A DNA stretch of 64,000 nt. Source: Ostreococcus lucimarinus (Eukaryota). The notes under the pieces are model-generated. The model was given only the letters and a program-made list of their open reading frames with translations. It was not told the origin of the DNA and ran no database searches. Position numbers and translations under genes: made by a program. Below are positions 47,274 to 57,889 of the stretch, piece after piece (position 1 is the first letter of the stretch; each line of letters starts with the position of its first letter). The DNA lies in the NCBI GenBank assembly GCA_000092065.1, contig CP000599.1. One strand, given 5' to 3'.

Positions 47274-48713
47274 ATGCCGCGCGGACCGCGCGCGAGCGCG
47301 AGCGGCGCCGTCGGACGCGCGGACGCGCCGTACGACGCGCTGAATCGCGTGCGCGAGAGCGGCGAGGGCGTCGATGAAATTCATCGACGTTGGCGCGCCG
47401 CGCACGCGTCTGGAGACGCGCCCGAGATCGAATTCGCGCGCGGGAGCGAGGGATTACTGCCGGAGTACGACGTCATCGTCGTCGGCGCGGGACTGAGCGG
47501 ATGCACGATCGCCGAGCGGTGCTCGAGGGCGCTGGGGATGAAGGTGTTGACGCTCGAGCGGCGCGCGCACGCGGGGGGGAATTGCTACGATTACGTCGAC
47601 GCGCGGAGCGGGATACGATGCTCGAAGTACGGCGCGCATTTGTTTCACACGAAACACGCGCGCGTGTGGGAATACGTGACGCGGTTCAGTGAGTGGGTGC
47701 CTTTCGATCATCGCGTGCTCGGTCGGGTGACGCGGACGAGCGCGAGCGAGGAGGGGAAGCGAGCGCGCGTGCTCGTGCCCATACCGCCGACGCGAGCGAC
47801 GGTGAACGCGCTGTTCGATGATGCAGACGTGCGGAGCGATGAAGATATGGAGGCGTGGTACGAACGGGAGAGGATTCATCCCGAGGGCGGGCGGGCGCCG
47901 GCGAACGGCGAGGAGGCGGCGCTGTCGCGCGTCGGACCGCGGTTGTATGAGGCGATATTTAAGCATTACACGAAGAAACAGTGGGATAAGTACCCCGAAG
48001 AGTTAGACGCGAGCGTGTTGATGCGGTTGCCGTGTCGAACGAGCGCGGACGATCGGTACTTTAACGACCCGTGGCAGGCGTTGCCGAGACGCGGGTACAC
48101 GAGAATTTTTGAAAACATGCTTCACGGGGACGAGAACATCACCGTTCGGCTGAATTGCGATTATTTCGCGATGAAGCGGGATGGAACTCTTCCCAAACAC
48201 AAATTTTTAGTGTACACGGGACAGATTGACTCGTACTACGCCGCGCTTGGTATGCCAAAGTTGGAGTACCGCTCGTTGCGCTTTGAGGAAGAGTACGTCG
48301 AGGGCGTTAAAGACGAAGACGCCGACGATGCCGATGCCGACGACGACAGCGGCTTGTTTTTCCAAGAGGCGATGGTGGTGAATTATCCTGGCCCTGACGT
48401 TCCGTTCACGCGTATCGTCGAGTATAAACACATGCCGAACCAACCCGAAGGTAGACATCGCGAACCGGGCACGCTCGTCGCCCGCGAGTACTCGAGCGCG
48501 ACGGGCGAGCCGTATTACCCCGTCCCCAACCCCGAAAACCGCGCACTGTACGAAAAATACGCGGAATTAGCGAAACATGAACCTGGGGTCGCCTTCGTCG
48601 GTCGTTTGGCGAGTTACAAGTACTTCAACATGGACGAAGCCGTGTTAAACGCGCTCGAAATGTTTGACAACTTGCGAGACACCGGCGCGTTGGTCGTCAA
48701 GGAAAAATCTTGA
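47274..48713 (+). CDS. UDP-galactopyranose mutase (flavoenzyme making UDP-galactofuranose)
   Basis: YDVIVVGAGLSGCTIAE FAD motif. GGNCYDY, KYGAHLFHT, YTGQIDSYY, NYPGPDVPFTRIVEYKH, YYPVPNPENRALYEKY, FVGRLASYKYFNMDEAVLNAL. The ORF opens at 47142/47190 but overlaps the divergent PX gene start, so the ATG at 47274 was chosen. Confidence 0.8.
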   Translation: MPRGPRASASGAVGRADAPYDALNRVRESGEGVDEIHRRWRAAHASGDAPEIEFARGSEGLLPEYDVIVVGAGLSGCTIAERCSRALGMKVLTLERRAHAGGNCYDYVDARSGIRCSKYGAHLFHTKHARVWEYVTRFSEWVPFDHRVLGRVTRTSASEEGKRARVLVPIPPTRATVNALFDDADVRSDEDMEAWYERERIHPEGGRAPANGEEAALSRVGPRLYEAIFKHYTKKQWDKYPEELDASVLMRLPCRTSADDRYFNDPWQALPRRGYTRIFENMLHGDENITVRLNCDYFAMKRDGTLPKHKFLVYTGQIDSYYAALGMPKLEYRSLRFEEEYVEGVKDEDADDADADDDSGLFFQEAMVVNYPGPDVPFTRIVEYKHMPNQPEGRHREPGTLVAREYSSATGEPYYPVPNPENRALYEKYAELAKHEPGVAFVGRLASYKYFNMDEAVLNALEMFDNLRDTGALVVKEKS

Positions 48714-48923
48714 TCAATTCGCGTGGTCGTGTTTTTGGGTCTCCGTCGCGTCGAACGAGTTCTACACGTTGTTTCTGTGGATGTCAAATTTTTCTAGAAT
48801 TTTTACCGTCACTCGACCGTCGATTCGACCGCGCGATGCACAGGTCGATATCCGCCGCGCGCGGCTTGGCGCCGCGACCATCAGCGAGCCGCATTCGCAC
48901 GCGCGCGCGCTACCGCAAGAGGC

Positions 48924-49796
48924 GTGAACCGCCGTGCGATCGACATGGGTGTATCAAACACCGCCGTGTGCGCGTTCGGCGTGCAATTCTTCGGCTATAT
49001 CGCGCTGTCGACGGCGCTAGAGCTCTGGTTTTACGTCGACTGGAGCGGCAAACGCGACTCGAGCGCGACGCATTCGCGCAAAATACAGCGCCACAAACGC
49101 GCGTGCGGCACCGTTCGCGCGCACAAAAGTGACCCATGGGGGCTTCCATTGTATCAGCTGCTGTGCGCGAGAAAACCGAGGCCGGATGGGCGAGACGAGT
49201 GTTTTGAGCATCATCGATTGTTCGCGTCTGTGAATTTGCTGACTTCGGCGACGTTTGCGGGCGTCGTCGGCGAGACGGTGAATCGCGGGGCGCCGTACAC
49301 TTCCCTATACGGCGGCTCGGCGTTTGATTTGAATTGTGGAATTTTAGCGTGCGTCTGGGCTTTCGTGAAAGCGGTGGCGTGGCAGAGCGTCGCCGAGTAC
49401 GCGTGGCATCGAGCGATGCACTCGCGGTTCGCCTACGCGAGATGGCACAAGGCGCACCACGCGTACGCGAGCCCGTGCGTGTGGTGCGATTTGTGCATAC
49501 ACCCACTCGAGGCGTTGGGGTATTATGTGATATTGTACAGCCCGGCGTTCGTGATACCGATGCCGAAGGCGAGCTTTTTGGCGTACATTTGCGTCATGGG
49601 CGTGGCGGGAGTCTTAGATCACAGCGGCGTCGACGTCGCCGTGCGCGCGAGAGGGTGCGGCGTCGCCGTGTACGACACTAAGTTTCACGACTTGCACCAC
49701 GCGCGGTTCAACGTCAACTACGCGTTTCCGTTTGATTTCATCGATCGCGCGTGCGGGACGTACGCCGAAATCAAACGCGACGCGCGCGCCGGGTAG
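48924..49796 (+). CDS. Fatty-acid hydroxylase superfamily membrane enzyme (sterol desaturase/sphingolipid hydroxylase-like)
   Basis: His boxes WHRAMHS, HKAHHAY and HDLHHARF, with hydrophobic segments between them. Confidence 0.6.
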   Translation: MNRRAIDMGVSNTAVCAFGVQFFGYIALSTALELWFYVDWSGKRDSSATHSRKIQRHKRACGTVRAHKSDPWGLPLYQLLCARKPRPDGRDECFEHHRLFASVNLLTSATFAGVVGETVNRGAPYTSLYGGSAFDLNCGILACVWAFVKAVAWQSVAEYAWHRAMHSRFAYARWHKAHHAYASPCVWCDLCIHPLEALGYYVILYSPAFVIPMPKASFLAYICVMGVAGVLDHSGVDVAVRARGCGVAVYDTKFHDLHHARFNVNYAFPFDFIDRACGTYAEIKRDARAG

Positions 49797-49956
49797 GATT
49801 GTCGTGGATTAAATTAAAAGCACGATTAGGATTAGGACGACCCATTAGGATGTTTCATTAAGAGCGCGATCGGGACGATCGATCGATCGGTCGAGCGACG
49901 TCGTCGCGTTCGACGACGACGCGTCTCGCGTCTGCTCCGCGCCGCGTTCGCGCCGC

Positions 49957-51951
49957 GTGGTCGTTTCACACACGGCCCGACGCCGCGATGGATGTGCGAT
50001 CGCGCGTCCGCGGCGTCGCCATCGACGCGCGCGTTTCGCGATGGCGACGCTCGCGGCGCGCACCGACGGCACGCCGGACGCGCGCGAGGTGTGGCGACGC
50101 GCGCGCGATGACGAGCGCGCGACGCGCGCGCGCGAGGACGCGATGCGAGACGAGGTGCGACGACGACGACGGATTCGACGACGGATTCGGATTCGACGAC
50201 GGATTCGACTGGACCCGACTGACGACGAGGGCCGATCGCAGGCGAACGCGATGCGAGCGACGATCAAGGAGCTGCGCGACGAACGCGCCGCGCTGTTGGC
50301 GCGCGAGGAGCGCGTGACGCACATGGTGGACGTCGCCGATCGAGAGTACCGCGCGGAGAGGAAACGGTTCGAGAGCGCGCTCGCGGAGACGCGAGACGAG
50401 GTGAAGGCGCTGCGAGCGAAAGCGGCGAGCGAGGCGAACGAACGCGAACGGGATCGCGCGCGGCGCGGCGCGATGGAGCGCGAGAGCGCGGACGCGCGCG
50501 AGGTCGAAGCGGCGCTGTCGAGACGGAGGGACGCGCTCGAACGCGAGGTGGAGGCGCTCAAGGAAACGAATCGCGAGCTTCGTAAGGAAGCGGTGCGCGC
50601 GAAAACCACGGGGCAACGCGCGGAGTGGCTCGAAGGCGAGGCGGAGCAAACGCGCGCGAGATTGAGCGCGAGCGAGGCGACGGTGAAGCAACTCAGGGCG
50701 GATTTACAATTTGAAAAGTCAAACGCGACAAAGTTTGAGAGCAAGCTCATCGCCGTCGTCAAGGAAAAAGAAGCATTGGAAAAGGCTCACCAGGCCAAGG
50801 ACGCAAAGATCGAGCAGCTGCAGAATCGCGTGGACGAGCAGGTGAAGAAACTAGGCGCGGCGTCGAGCGAACTTCAATCGCTCGCGGCAACGAAGCGCAA
50901 GGACGCCGACTTGAGCGCGCGCGAACACGAATTAAAGGTGAGCTACGCCGCGCTGAAAGCGCGAGAGGCGTCGTGCGCGAGTCGTGAGAAGGCGTTGGCG
51001 TTGAAGAAGGATGTCGGCGCGCGAACCGAGGCGTCGGCGGCACTGCCGTCGGCGTCGATGACGCCGACTCTGGCGACTACGCCGGCGTCGACGTCCAAGC
51101 CGCCCATCTCCAGATTTGCCGATATCGCGCGACGATACGTGTTCACGCCCGGTTTGAACCCGCGCGCGAACGACACACCGACGAAGACGACGCCACTGAG
51201 CGCAAAGTCCAAGCAGCTCTTCGCCGCGGTGGTGGACAAGGCGCAAAGCGCGGCCAAGGCGAGCGCGAGCAAGGCGGAGCGGGCCAAGACGGCGACCGCG
51301 GTCGGGATGTTCAACGCGCTTCAATCCGTGGTGGGGTTCAAGGACGGCACCGCGTCCACGTCTGAGCCGAAGAAGATCGCCGCACCCGCGCTGACGCCGT
51401 CTAAGAAGACTTTAGAGACGCACTTTCCGTCGTCACCGACGAAACCGACGCCCGCGAACGAGAAACCGGCCGAGGAAAAGGCGTCGGAGAAGAAATTTTC
51501 GTTGGAAGAATCCGAGCGTCCATCGACGCGTCGATCCCGACGCGCGGCGCCGACCGCGACCGAGACGGAGGACGCGCCGAAACCGAAGAAGGCGCCGGCG
51601 AAGAAGAAGGCGAAGGCGGCGGAACCGGCGACGGAACCGGCGACGGAACCGACGACGCGAAAGCGCGGTCGAACCGCGAAGAAACCGTCGACGTCCGAAC
51701 CCGAGCGCGAGGCCGATGCGGACGACGAACCGGAGGTGAAGTGCGGACGCGGCCGTCCGCGCAAAACCGTCGCGGAGGACGACGTGAACGCGCCCAAGCC
51801 CGCCTCGCGACCGCGAGGTCGACCGAAGAAGTCCGAAGCGGCGTCGACGGCGAAAGCCGACCCGCTCAAGCACTTGCAAGATTTCTTAAGTTCAGGCCCG
51901 AAGGAAGCGGCGCCGACGACGCGTCGATCAACGCGAAGTCGCCGCGCGTGA
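49957..51951 (+). CDS. Coiled-coil protein with a K/A/P-rich tail containing AT-hook-like motifs
   Basis: Long heptad-like E/R/A-rich helices (ELRDERAALLAREERV..., EALKETNRELRKEAVRAK...). C-terminal GRGRPRK and RPRGRPKK AT-hooks. The true start may be the internal MATLAAR. Confidence 0.4.
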   Translation: MVVSHTARRRDGCAIARPRRRHRRARFAMATLAARTDGTPDAREVWRRARDDERATRAREDAMRDEVRRRRRIRRRIRIRRRIRLDPTDDEGRSQANAMRATIKELRDERAALLAREERVTHMVDVADREYRAERKRFESALAETRDEVKALRAKAASEANERERDRARRGAMERESADAREVEAALSRRRDALEREVEALKETNRELRKEAVRAKTTGQRAEWLEGEAEQTRARLSASEATVKQLRADLQFEKSNATKFESKLIAVVKEKEALEKAHQAKDAKIEQLQNRVDEQVKKLGAASSELQSLAATKRKDADLSAREHELKVSYAALKAREASCASREKALALKKDVGARTEASAALPSASMTPTLATTPASTSKPPISRFADIARRYVFTPGLNPRANDTPTKTTPLSAKSKQLFAAVVDKAQSAAKASASKAERAKTATAVGMFNALQSVVGFKDGTASTSEPKKIAAPALTPSKKTLETHFPSSPTKPTPANEKPAEEKASEKKFSLEESERPSTRRSRRAAPTATETEDAPKPKKAPAKKKAKAAEPATEPATEPTTRKRGRTAKKPSTSEPEREADADDEPEVKCGRGRPRKTVAEDDVNAPKPASRPRGRPKKSEAASTAKADPLKHLQDFLSSGPKEAAPTTRRSTRSRRA

Positions 51952-52093
51952 GCGCGTTCGGACGACTGAAGAATAGAGATTTGATGAAATAATACACGAC
52001 GCGCGTTTTAGCACACGAATCTCGTCCATCTCGTCCATCGTAACAACTTACAACAACGCGCGATGATCGACGTCTACGCGGTTCGATCTCCTA

Positions 52094-54157
52094 CTAAAAC
52101 GTTTTCTTTTGCTTTGGAAACTTGCTCGGCCACGACCCGTTGGGCTGCGATTTCGCCGCCGACCGAGAGGGCTTGACGTCCAACGCCGCCTCCAACGCGT
52201 CCGCGAGCGTGTTGCACCGCACGAGTTCGATGCCAGTCTTTTTACCCATCTCTGGCGAGCTTCCAGCCTCGGGCAAGAGCACGCGCTTGAACCCCATCGT
52301 CGCCGCCTCGGCGATGCGACGCTCGGCTTGCATCACCGGTCGCAACTCGCCGCCCAAGCCGACTTCGCCGAAGAAGCACATATCTGGCGGAAGCGGTTTC
52401 TCGACGAAACTACTCGCGATCGCCAGCGCGACGGCGACATCCGTGGATGGATCTTCGAGCTTCATACCACCCACGATGTTGATGAAGACGTCGTGCTTTT
52501 GCAGGCGTCGACCGAGGACGAATTTCGCGAGCACGGCGAGCAAGAGTTGCATGCGTTCGAATCGCAGACCGACGGCGGTGCGAATCGGCGGCGCGCTCAT
52601 TCCACCACCTTCGCCCGCATCCGCGCGCTCGTTCGTGAGCGCTTGGACTTCGAGCATGAACGGTCGCGAGCCTTGCACCGTCACCGTCGGCGCCGCGGAG
52701 ACGTCTGGGCTCAAGATGCGTTCGCCGAGGAAGAGCGCCGACGGCGACGCCACAGGTTTCATGCCCCCGTCGCTCATTTGAAACACCCCGACTTCGTCCG
52801 TGGAGCCGTAGCGATTCTTGTGCCCGCGCAAGATGCGCACGGCTCGATCGGCGTCGCCCTCCAAGTAAAGCACGACGTCGACGATGTGCTCCAACACGCG
52901 CGGACCCGCTATGTCGCCGGATTTCGTGACGTGACCGATGATGAACACCGGCATCCCCGTCGTTTTCGCCGCGTGCAACAGCGCGGTGGCGCACTCGCGC
53001 ACCTGAGACACGCTTCCCGGGCTTCCCGTGGCGTCTTCCAAGAACACGGTTTGAATGGAATCCACCACGAGCGCCGCGGGCTTGAGCGTCGACACCGCCT
53101 CGAGAATATTTTCCAGGCGCGTTGCGCTGTATAAATAAATCCCGTTCGGATCAATCCCCATGCGCTCGGCGCGTCCGGCGACTTGCTCCACGGACTCTTC
53201 GCCAGACGCGTAAAGCACGCCTCCCGCGGCGATCGATTCGTTCGCGCCGTCTTCTTCGCCCTCTCGTTCCTCGCCTCGCGCGCCCAGAAGTCCCGCGAGC
53301 TGTAACAAAATCGTCGACTTCCCCACCCCCGGATCGCCACCGACGAGAATCATCCCGCCCGGAACCACTCCCCCGCCTAACACCCGCTCGATCTCCTTCC
53401 CCAATTCCTCTCTCAACCGCATCCTCGGCATCGTTTGCCTCTCCCCGTTCGCTCGCGGCCTCAGCACGTCCCCGAGCGCTCGCGGCGCGCTCGTCTCCGC
53501 GACCCACCCGAGCGCTCGCGCGCCGTCGCTCGCGCGTCCTCGCCCGTTCGCGTTCCCGCGCGTCGTCGCGTTCTCCGCCATCCGCGCCACCGCTCGCGCG
53601 CCCGCCCCGCCGCCCGCGCTCGCCTTCCCCGCGCCGCCTCCCGAGGTCGGCGCCAGCGCGATCGCCTTCATCGTGTCCCAGCTCTTGCACGCCGGGCACT
53701 GTCCCAGCCACTGCCGCGAGTCCTCGCCGCACTCGGCGCACACGTACGCCGTCTTCGTCTGCGACCCCGCGCCGCGAGATCCGGATCCGGCGCGCGCGAC
53801 GACGCCGCGTCGCGTCGTCGTCGCGAATCCACTCGCGGTCGACGTCGTCGACGCGCGCGCGCCGGTGCCGTGATTCGAGCGCGGATTCGCGCCGCGATTT
53901 CGATGCCGTCGACCGCGCCGATCGCGCGTCGTCGTCGAGGGCGTCGCGCGCGGCGAGGTCGTCGAGATCGTCGTCGCGAATCGGCGCATCGTCGTCGCGA
54001 ACGCGCGCGCGGTGACGGTCGTCGAGCGCGCCTCGAGCGCGACGCGCGCGAGCAGGGACGCCGCGGCGCGACCGCGCATGCGACGCGGCGCGACGTGACG
54101 ACGCGACGCGCGCCAGAACGCGTTCGAACGCGCGAATCGATCGGTCATTCGCGTCAC
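52094..54157 (-). CDS. radA: DNA repair protein RadA/Sms (bacterial-type), with an organellar-presequence-like N-terminus
   Basis: C4 zinc finger CAECGEDSRQWLGQCPACKSWDT. Walker A GGDPGVGKSTILLQ. KNRYGSTDEVGVFQM. Lon-like C-terminal domain ...FGEVGLGGELRPV. Confidence 0.8.
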   Translation of the reverse strand: MTRMTDRFARSNAFWRASRRHVAPRRMRGRAAASLLARVALEARSTTVTARAFATTMRRFATTISTTSPRATPSTTTRDRRGRRHRNRGANPRSNHGTGARASTTSTASGFATTTRRGVVARAGSGSRGAGSQTKTAYVCAECGEDSRQWLGQCPACKSWDTMKAIALAPTSGGGAGKASAGGGAGARAVARMAENATTRGNANGRGRASDGARALGWVAETSAPRALGDVLRPRANGERQTMPRMRLREELGKEIERVLGGGVVPGGMILVGGDPGVGKSTILLQLAGLLGARGEEREGEEDGANESIAAGGVLYASGEESVEQVAGRAERMGIDPNGIYLYSATRLENILEAVSTLKPAALVVDSIQTVFLEDATGSPGSVSQVRECATALLHAAKTTGMPVFIIGHVTKSGDIAGPRVLEHIVDVVLYLEGDADRAVRILRGHKNRYGSTDEVGVFQMSDGGMKPVASPSALFLGERILSPDVSAAPTVTVQGSRPFMLEVQALTNERADAGEGGGMSAPPIRTAVGLRFERMQLLLAVLAKFVLGRRLQKHDVFINIVGGMKLEDPSTDVAVALAIASSFVEKPLPPDMCFFGEVGLGGELRPVMQAERRIAEAATMGFKRVLLPEAGSSPEMGKKTGIELVRCNTLADALEAALDVKPSRSAAKSQPNGSWPSKFPKQKKTF

Positions 54158-54278
54158 TCATCTCCACTCGAATGCGTCACCCGAACGCGCATTTAAGGCA
54201 CGTGATGGACCGACGGCGCGGAGCGACGCGGAGCGAAGAATGCACGCGACGCGGTGACGTGGAATGATTTCAGAATCG

Positions 54279-55367
54279 TCACGATTGAAACATCGAACGC
54301 GAGAGCGCGCGCGAACGCTCGCGGTCGCGGCGACGCGCGTCGCGAAGACGCGCGAGCTCGTCGTGGGGCTCGGCGTCGTACGGATCCAAGCGGAGACACG
54401 CGGCGAAGTCGCGCTCGGCGGCGGCGAAATCGCCGCGACCGACGAAGGCGCGACCGCGACGACACAAGATGCGCGCGTCGTCGGGCGACGCGCGCAAATA
54501 CTCGGATAAATGCTCGATCGCTTCGCCGTAGAGCTTAAGACCCATGCACGCGGCGCCGAGGTTGCGGAGGCACGCCGCGCGGTTTTTCAAGCACTCGTCG
54601 GCGTCGAACGGGTTCTTGCCCTTGACGAGATTCATGATCCCGAGCGCCTGCGCGTAACACTCGCGCGCTTCCGCGAATTCTCGACGCTCGTAGTGCGCGT
54701 TGCCCTTGCATCGCAATTCGCACTGCTCGTTCAGCGCGCCGACCAAGTCTTTGGTCTCTAGATTCGCCTCGCGCGTGGTTCGCTTCTTGAACGCGTCGTG
54801 TCCATCGTTTTTGGAATCGCTCAGATAGTTCACCATGAAGCGCTCGATCTCTTCCTCCGACGCCCGTCCTTCGTCCAGCGCCGTCTGCATCTCCGAAAGC
54901 ATCCGCAACACCAACGGATTCGTCGCCCACTTGCCGAAATCGCCGTTGGCGTCGTTGCGAAACGTCGAAATCACCGCGCGCAGCGCGCGCGTCCTCAAAA
55001 ACGGCGCCACGTTCCGCTGCGCCTCCTCGTTCGATCGCAGCACGGCGTCGCGAAAATCCATCGCGTCCACCCTGTGCGCGATTCGATCGAGTTTCCGCAG
55101 TTCCTGCCGCTGATGCTCCCGCATCAGCGGCGCGTTTTCCTCCGATTTGCAAAACGCTTGGAAATCCCGCGCGAACGCGTCGTCGTCCATCCCACCGCCG
55201 CGCGACGCGCCGCGCGCGCCGAACCGCGCGCCGACGCCGTCGAAATCGCCGGCGTCCACGGAGGCGTCCATGGCACCGGCGTCGGCGTCACGACACCGCG
55301 CACGCGTCGCCCTCTGACGAACGACGGACGAAAAAAACGCTCGCCGAGACGCGCGTCGACGGGCCAT
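54279..55367 (-). CDS. Tetratricopeptide-repeat (TPR) protein
   Basis: Three or more TPR units: CKGNAHYERREFAEARECYAQALGI, AACLRNLGAACMGLKLYGEAIEHLSEYLRASP, ILCRRGRAFVGRGDFAAAERDFAACLRLDP. The upstream 226 aa of the ORF are poly-R read-through, so the ATG at 55367 was chosen. Confidence 0.55.
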   Translation of the reverse strand: MARRRASRRAFFSSVVRQRATRARCRDADAGAMDASVDAGDFDGVGARFGARGASRGGGMDDDAFARDFQAFCKSEENAPLMREHQRQELRKLDRIAHRVDAMDFRDAVLRSNEEAQRNVAPFLRTRALRAVISTFRNDANGDFGKWATNPLVLRMLSEMQTALDEGRASEEEIERFMVNYLSDSKNDGHDAFKKRTTREANLETKDLVGALNEQCELRCKGNAHYERREFAEARECYAQALGIMNLVKGKNPFDADECLKNRAACLRNLGAACMGLKLYGEAIEHLSEYLRASPDDARILCRRGRAFVGRGDFAAAERDFAACLRLDPYDAEPHDELARLRDARRRDRERSRALSRSMFQS

Positions 55368-55613
55368 CGCGCGCTGGTTTTGAACGATTAGGTCAAACGC
55401 GCGCGTACCACGCGTCGAGGTTCGACGCGTTTCCTCGAACGACGCATCGAGGTTCGACCGATGTTTCGATCGATCGATCGATCGGCGCGATCGCGGCCGC
55501 GTCGCGTGATCGCGTCGTCGCGATCGTCGACGCGACACGGCGACGCGCGTTCGCGAATCGTCCATCGCGACGCGCGCACGGAGCGCGCGAGCGATCCGAC
55601 ACCGACCGCGCCG

Positions 55614-56300
55614 ATGATCGCCCGCGCGCCGACGCTCGCGGCGACGCGCGGCGCGACGACGCGCGCGGCGACGCGACGAGGCGAAGGCGCGGGACGCGCG
55701 CGCGGCGCGGCGACGCGCCGGGGCGCGACGAACGACGCGGACGCGAAGACGACGACGGCGACGACGACGACGACGGCGCGACGGACGTTCGTGCTCGACG
55801 GCGCGCGGGGGGCGATCGCGATGGCGATGGTGATGGCGCGGGCGGAGAACGCGCGCGCGCTGCTGCAGCCGAACGACGAGGAGGACGAGGCGTTCTTGGC
55901 CAAGGCGCGGGAAAACCGCGCGCAGAGGATACAGAGCGAGGTGGCGAAGGAGAAAAAGTACGTCAACGATACGGGGTATAAACAAGACGAACCGACCGCG
56001 AAGGTGCAGTTGGCGGTGTATAAATTGTCGAAGAGCGGCGCGCAAATCGCGAGCGGGAACCTGAGCGACGCGGCGAGCGAACTCGGCAAGGGGGATTGGG
56101 TGACCTACGCCGTCGACGGCGCCAAGGCGTTGAACGCGTCGAGCGATGGAAGCGATTTCGCGTCGAGCGTCAAGGCGCTCGAAAAGGCGTGTGAGAACGG
56201 TGACGACGCCGCGGCGAAGTCGGCGTATCGCGCGAGCGCCGAGGCGTTAAAGGCGCTCGCCGCGAGCGCGGGCGTCGCCGACAAGCTGCGATTGTTGTGA
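55614..56300 (+). CDS. Hypothetical protein with an R/A/T-rich presequence and a helical C-terminal domain (possible organelle lumen protein)
   Basis: MIARAPTLAATRGATTRAATRRG... then ...GKGDWVTYAVDGAKALNASSDG...VKALEKACENGDDAAAKSAYRASAEALKALAASAG. No family recognised with confidence. Confidence 0.3.
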   Translation: MIARAPTLAATRGATTRAATRRGEGAGRARGAATRRGATNDADAKTTTATTTTTARRTFVLDGARGAIAMAMVMARAENARALLQPNDEEDEAFLAKARENRAQRIQSEVAKEKKYVNDTGYKQDEPTAKVQLAVYKLSKSGAQIASGNLSDAASELGKGDWVTYAVDGAKALNASSDGSDFASSVKALEKACENGDDAAAKSAYRASAEALKALAASAGVADKLRLL

Positions 56301-56422
56301 GCGATCGATCGATCGATCGATCGAGCGCCGATGACGACGACGTCCACGTTCGTTCGTGACTTTGTTTTGTGATGAAAGTTTTCTAAACATATTATATGAT
56401 ACACGTCCCCGTCCCGCGTCGC

Positions 56423-57079
56423 TCACGCGTCGAAGAGCGTCGATTCCGGGTCAAAGTACGCCTTGGCGTCCTTCGCCTTGACCTGCTTCACGAGTGCGGC
56501 GTACTTGCCCATCAAAGGCTTGACGATTTGCCACACCGGCGTGAACACCCACGGGGGTTCGATGAGCAGCACCTGAGAGATGCGCTTGGGAAAGTAGTCG
56601 AAGATGCACTTGATGAAAAACTTGACGAAGTCGATGTCGGCGTTCTTCATCGTGAACCCGCGCAGGTCGAACACGCACATCAGCGTCTCCGGCGCGCCCG
56701 CGCCCTCACCGCGCAACTGCTCCAGCGCTTCGTCGACGAGTTTCACGCACAATCGACACGTTCGCGAGAGTTCGCGCGTCTCCACGTCGTGCTTCGTCAG
56801 CGTGACGTACACCACCGGCCGATTCTGCGCGTCGCGCTCGCCGAGCAGCACAGCCTTGCCGCTCGCCGCTTCTTCCGCGACTTCGCTCGAGAGTTTCAGT
56901 TCGCTCTCTCCGTACCCCGAGCGTCGCCATTCGAGATATTTCAGCGTCTTAGCGCGCGCCTTATCCGCGTCCAATTTCCTGTCCCGCAGAAACCACGCGA
57001 GCAACCAATCGGGCGCCGACGCCAATAGCTCCGCGTCGTCCGACGCGTCGTCCGAGGCGTCGTCGCGAGACGCGCGCAT
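56423..57079 (-). CDS. Sec14/CRAL-TRIO lipid-transfer domain protein
   Basis: CRAL-TRIO N: LLAWFLRDRKLDADKARAKTLKYLEWRR. Lipid-binding domain: PVVYVTL...LMCVFDLRGFTMKNADIDFVKFFIKCIFDYFPKRISQVLLIEPPWVFTPVWQIVKPLM. The internal ATG at 57079 was chosen over the low-complexity extension to 57265. Confidence 0.6.
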   Translation of the reverse strand: MRASRDDASDDASDDAELLASAPDWLLAWFLRDRKLDADKARAKTLKYLEWRRSGYGESELKLSSEVAEEAASGKAVLLGERDAQNRPVVYVTLTKHDVETRELSRTCRLCVKLVDEALEQLRGEGAGAPETLMCVFDLRGFTMKNADIDFVKFFIKCIFDYFPKRISQVLLIEPPWVFTPVWQIVKPLMGKYAALVKQVKAKDAKAYFDPESTLFDA

Positions 57080-57640
57080 GACGGCGACGCCTCGCTCGAT
57101 CGCGTCGTCGTCGAAAACGTCGAGCGTCAAACCGGCGTCCGCCGCGGCGACGCGCGGCGATCTTCGACACCGCGACGCGCGACGCGCGCGCGCCACGTTA
57201 CGCCCGCATGGCGTCGCGCGCGCGCTCTGTCGCGTCTCTAACGTCGCACCCCGCTGGATCGTCATCGTCGACGTCAGACGGCGCGCGCGAGTGCGGCGCG
57301 TCGTCGTCGACGGCGAGCGGCGACGCCGTCGTCGAACGCTCGCATCGCGCGAACTCTCGCAAATCTCTCGCGCGCAGTTCGCCGCGATACACTTGCTCGC
57401 ACACGTGCAAAACGCGTTTTAAATCCCGCTCGCACCGCTCGAGCTTGATTCGCATCGCCTCGCATCGCCTGTTCGCGTCGCTCTCGGCGTTGCGCGCGCG
57501 CTCGCGAATCGCGTACGCCTCGTCCCGCTCGCGATTGACGAGTTCGTACGCCGATTTCAGCGCGTCTCGCTCCTCTTGCAGCGACGATGCCGTCGACGAC
57601 GCTCGTCGCGCGTCGTTCGAGTTCGTCCCATCGCTCTTCG

Positions 57641-57661
57641 TCCTCGTCTTCGTCTTCGTCT

Positions 57662-57695
<34 letters not shown>

Positions 57696-57851
57696 GACTC
57701 TTCGTTTCGCCGCTTCGTCATCCTTCGTCGAACCGCCGCGTCGCCGACCGCCCCGCGCCACGGCGTCGTCGACTCGCGCGACGATCGTCGTGCTCACGCG
57801 AGCCTCTGACAGCAGCGCTCGCCGCGCGCGCCGTCGTCGCGGCGACGCGTT

Positions 57852-57889
<38 letters not shown>

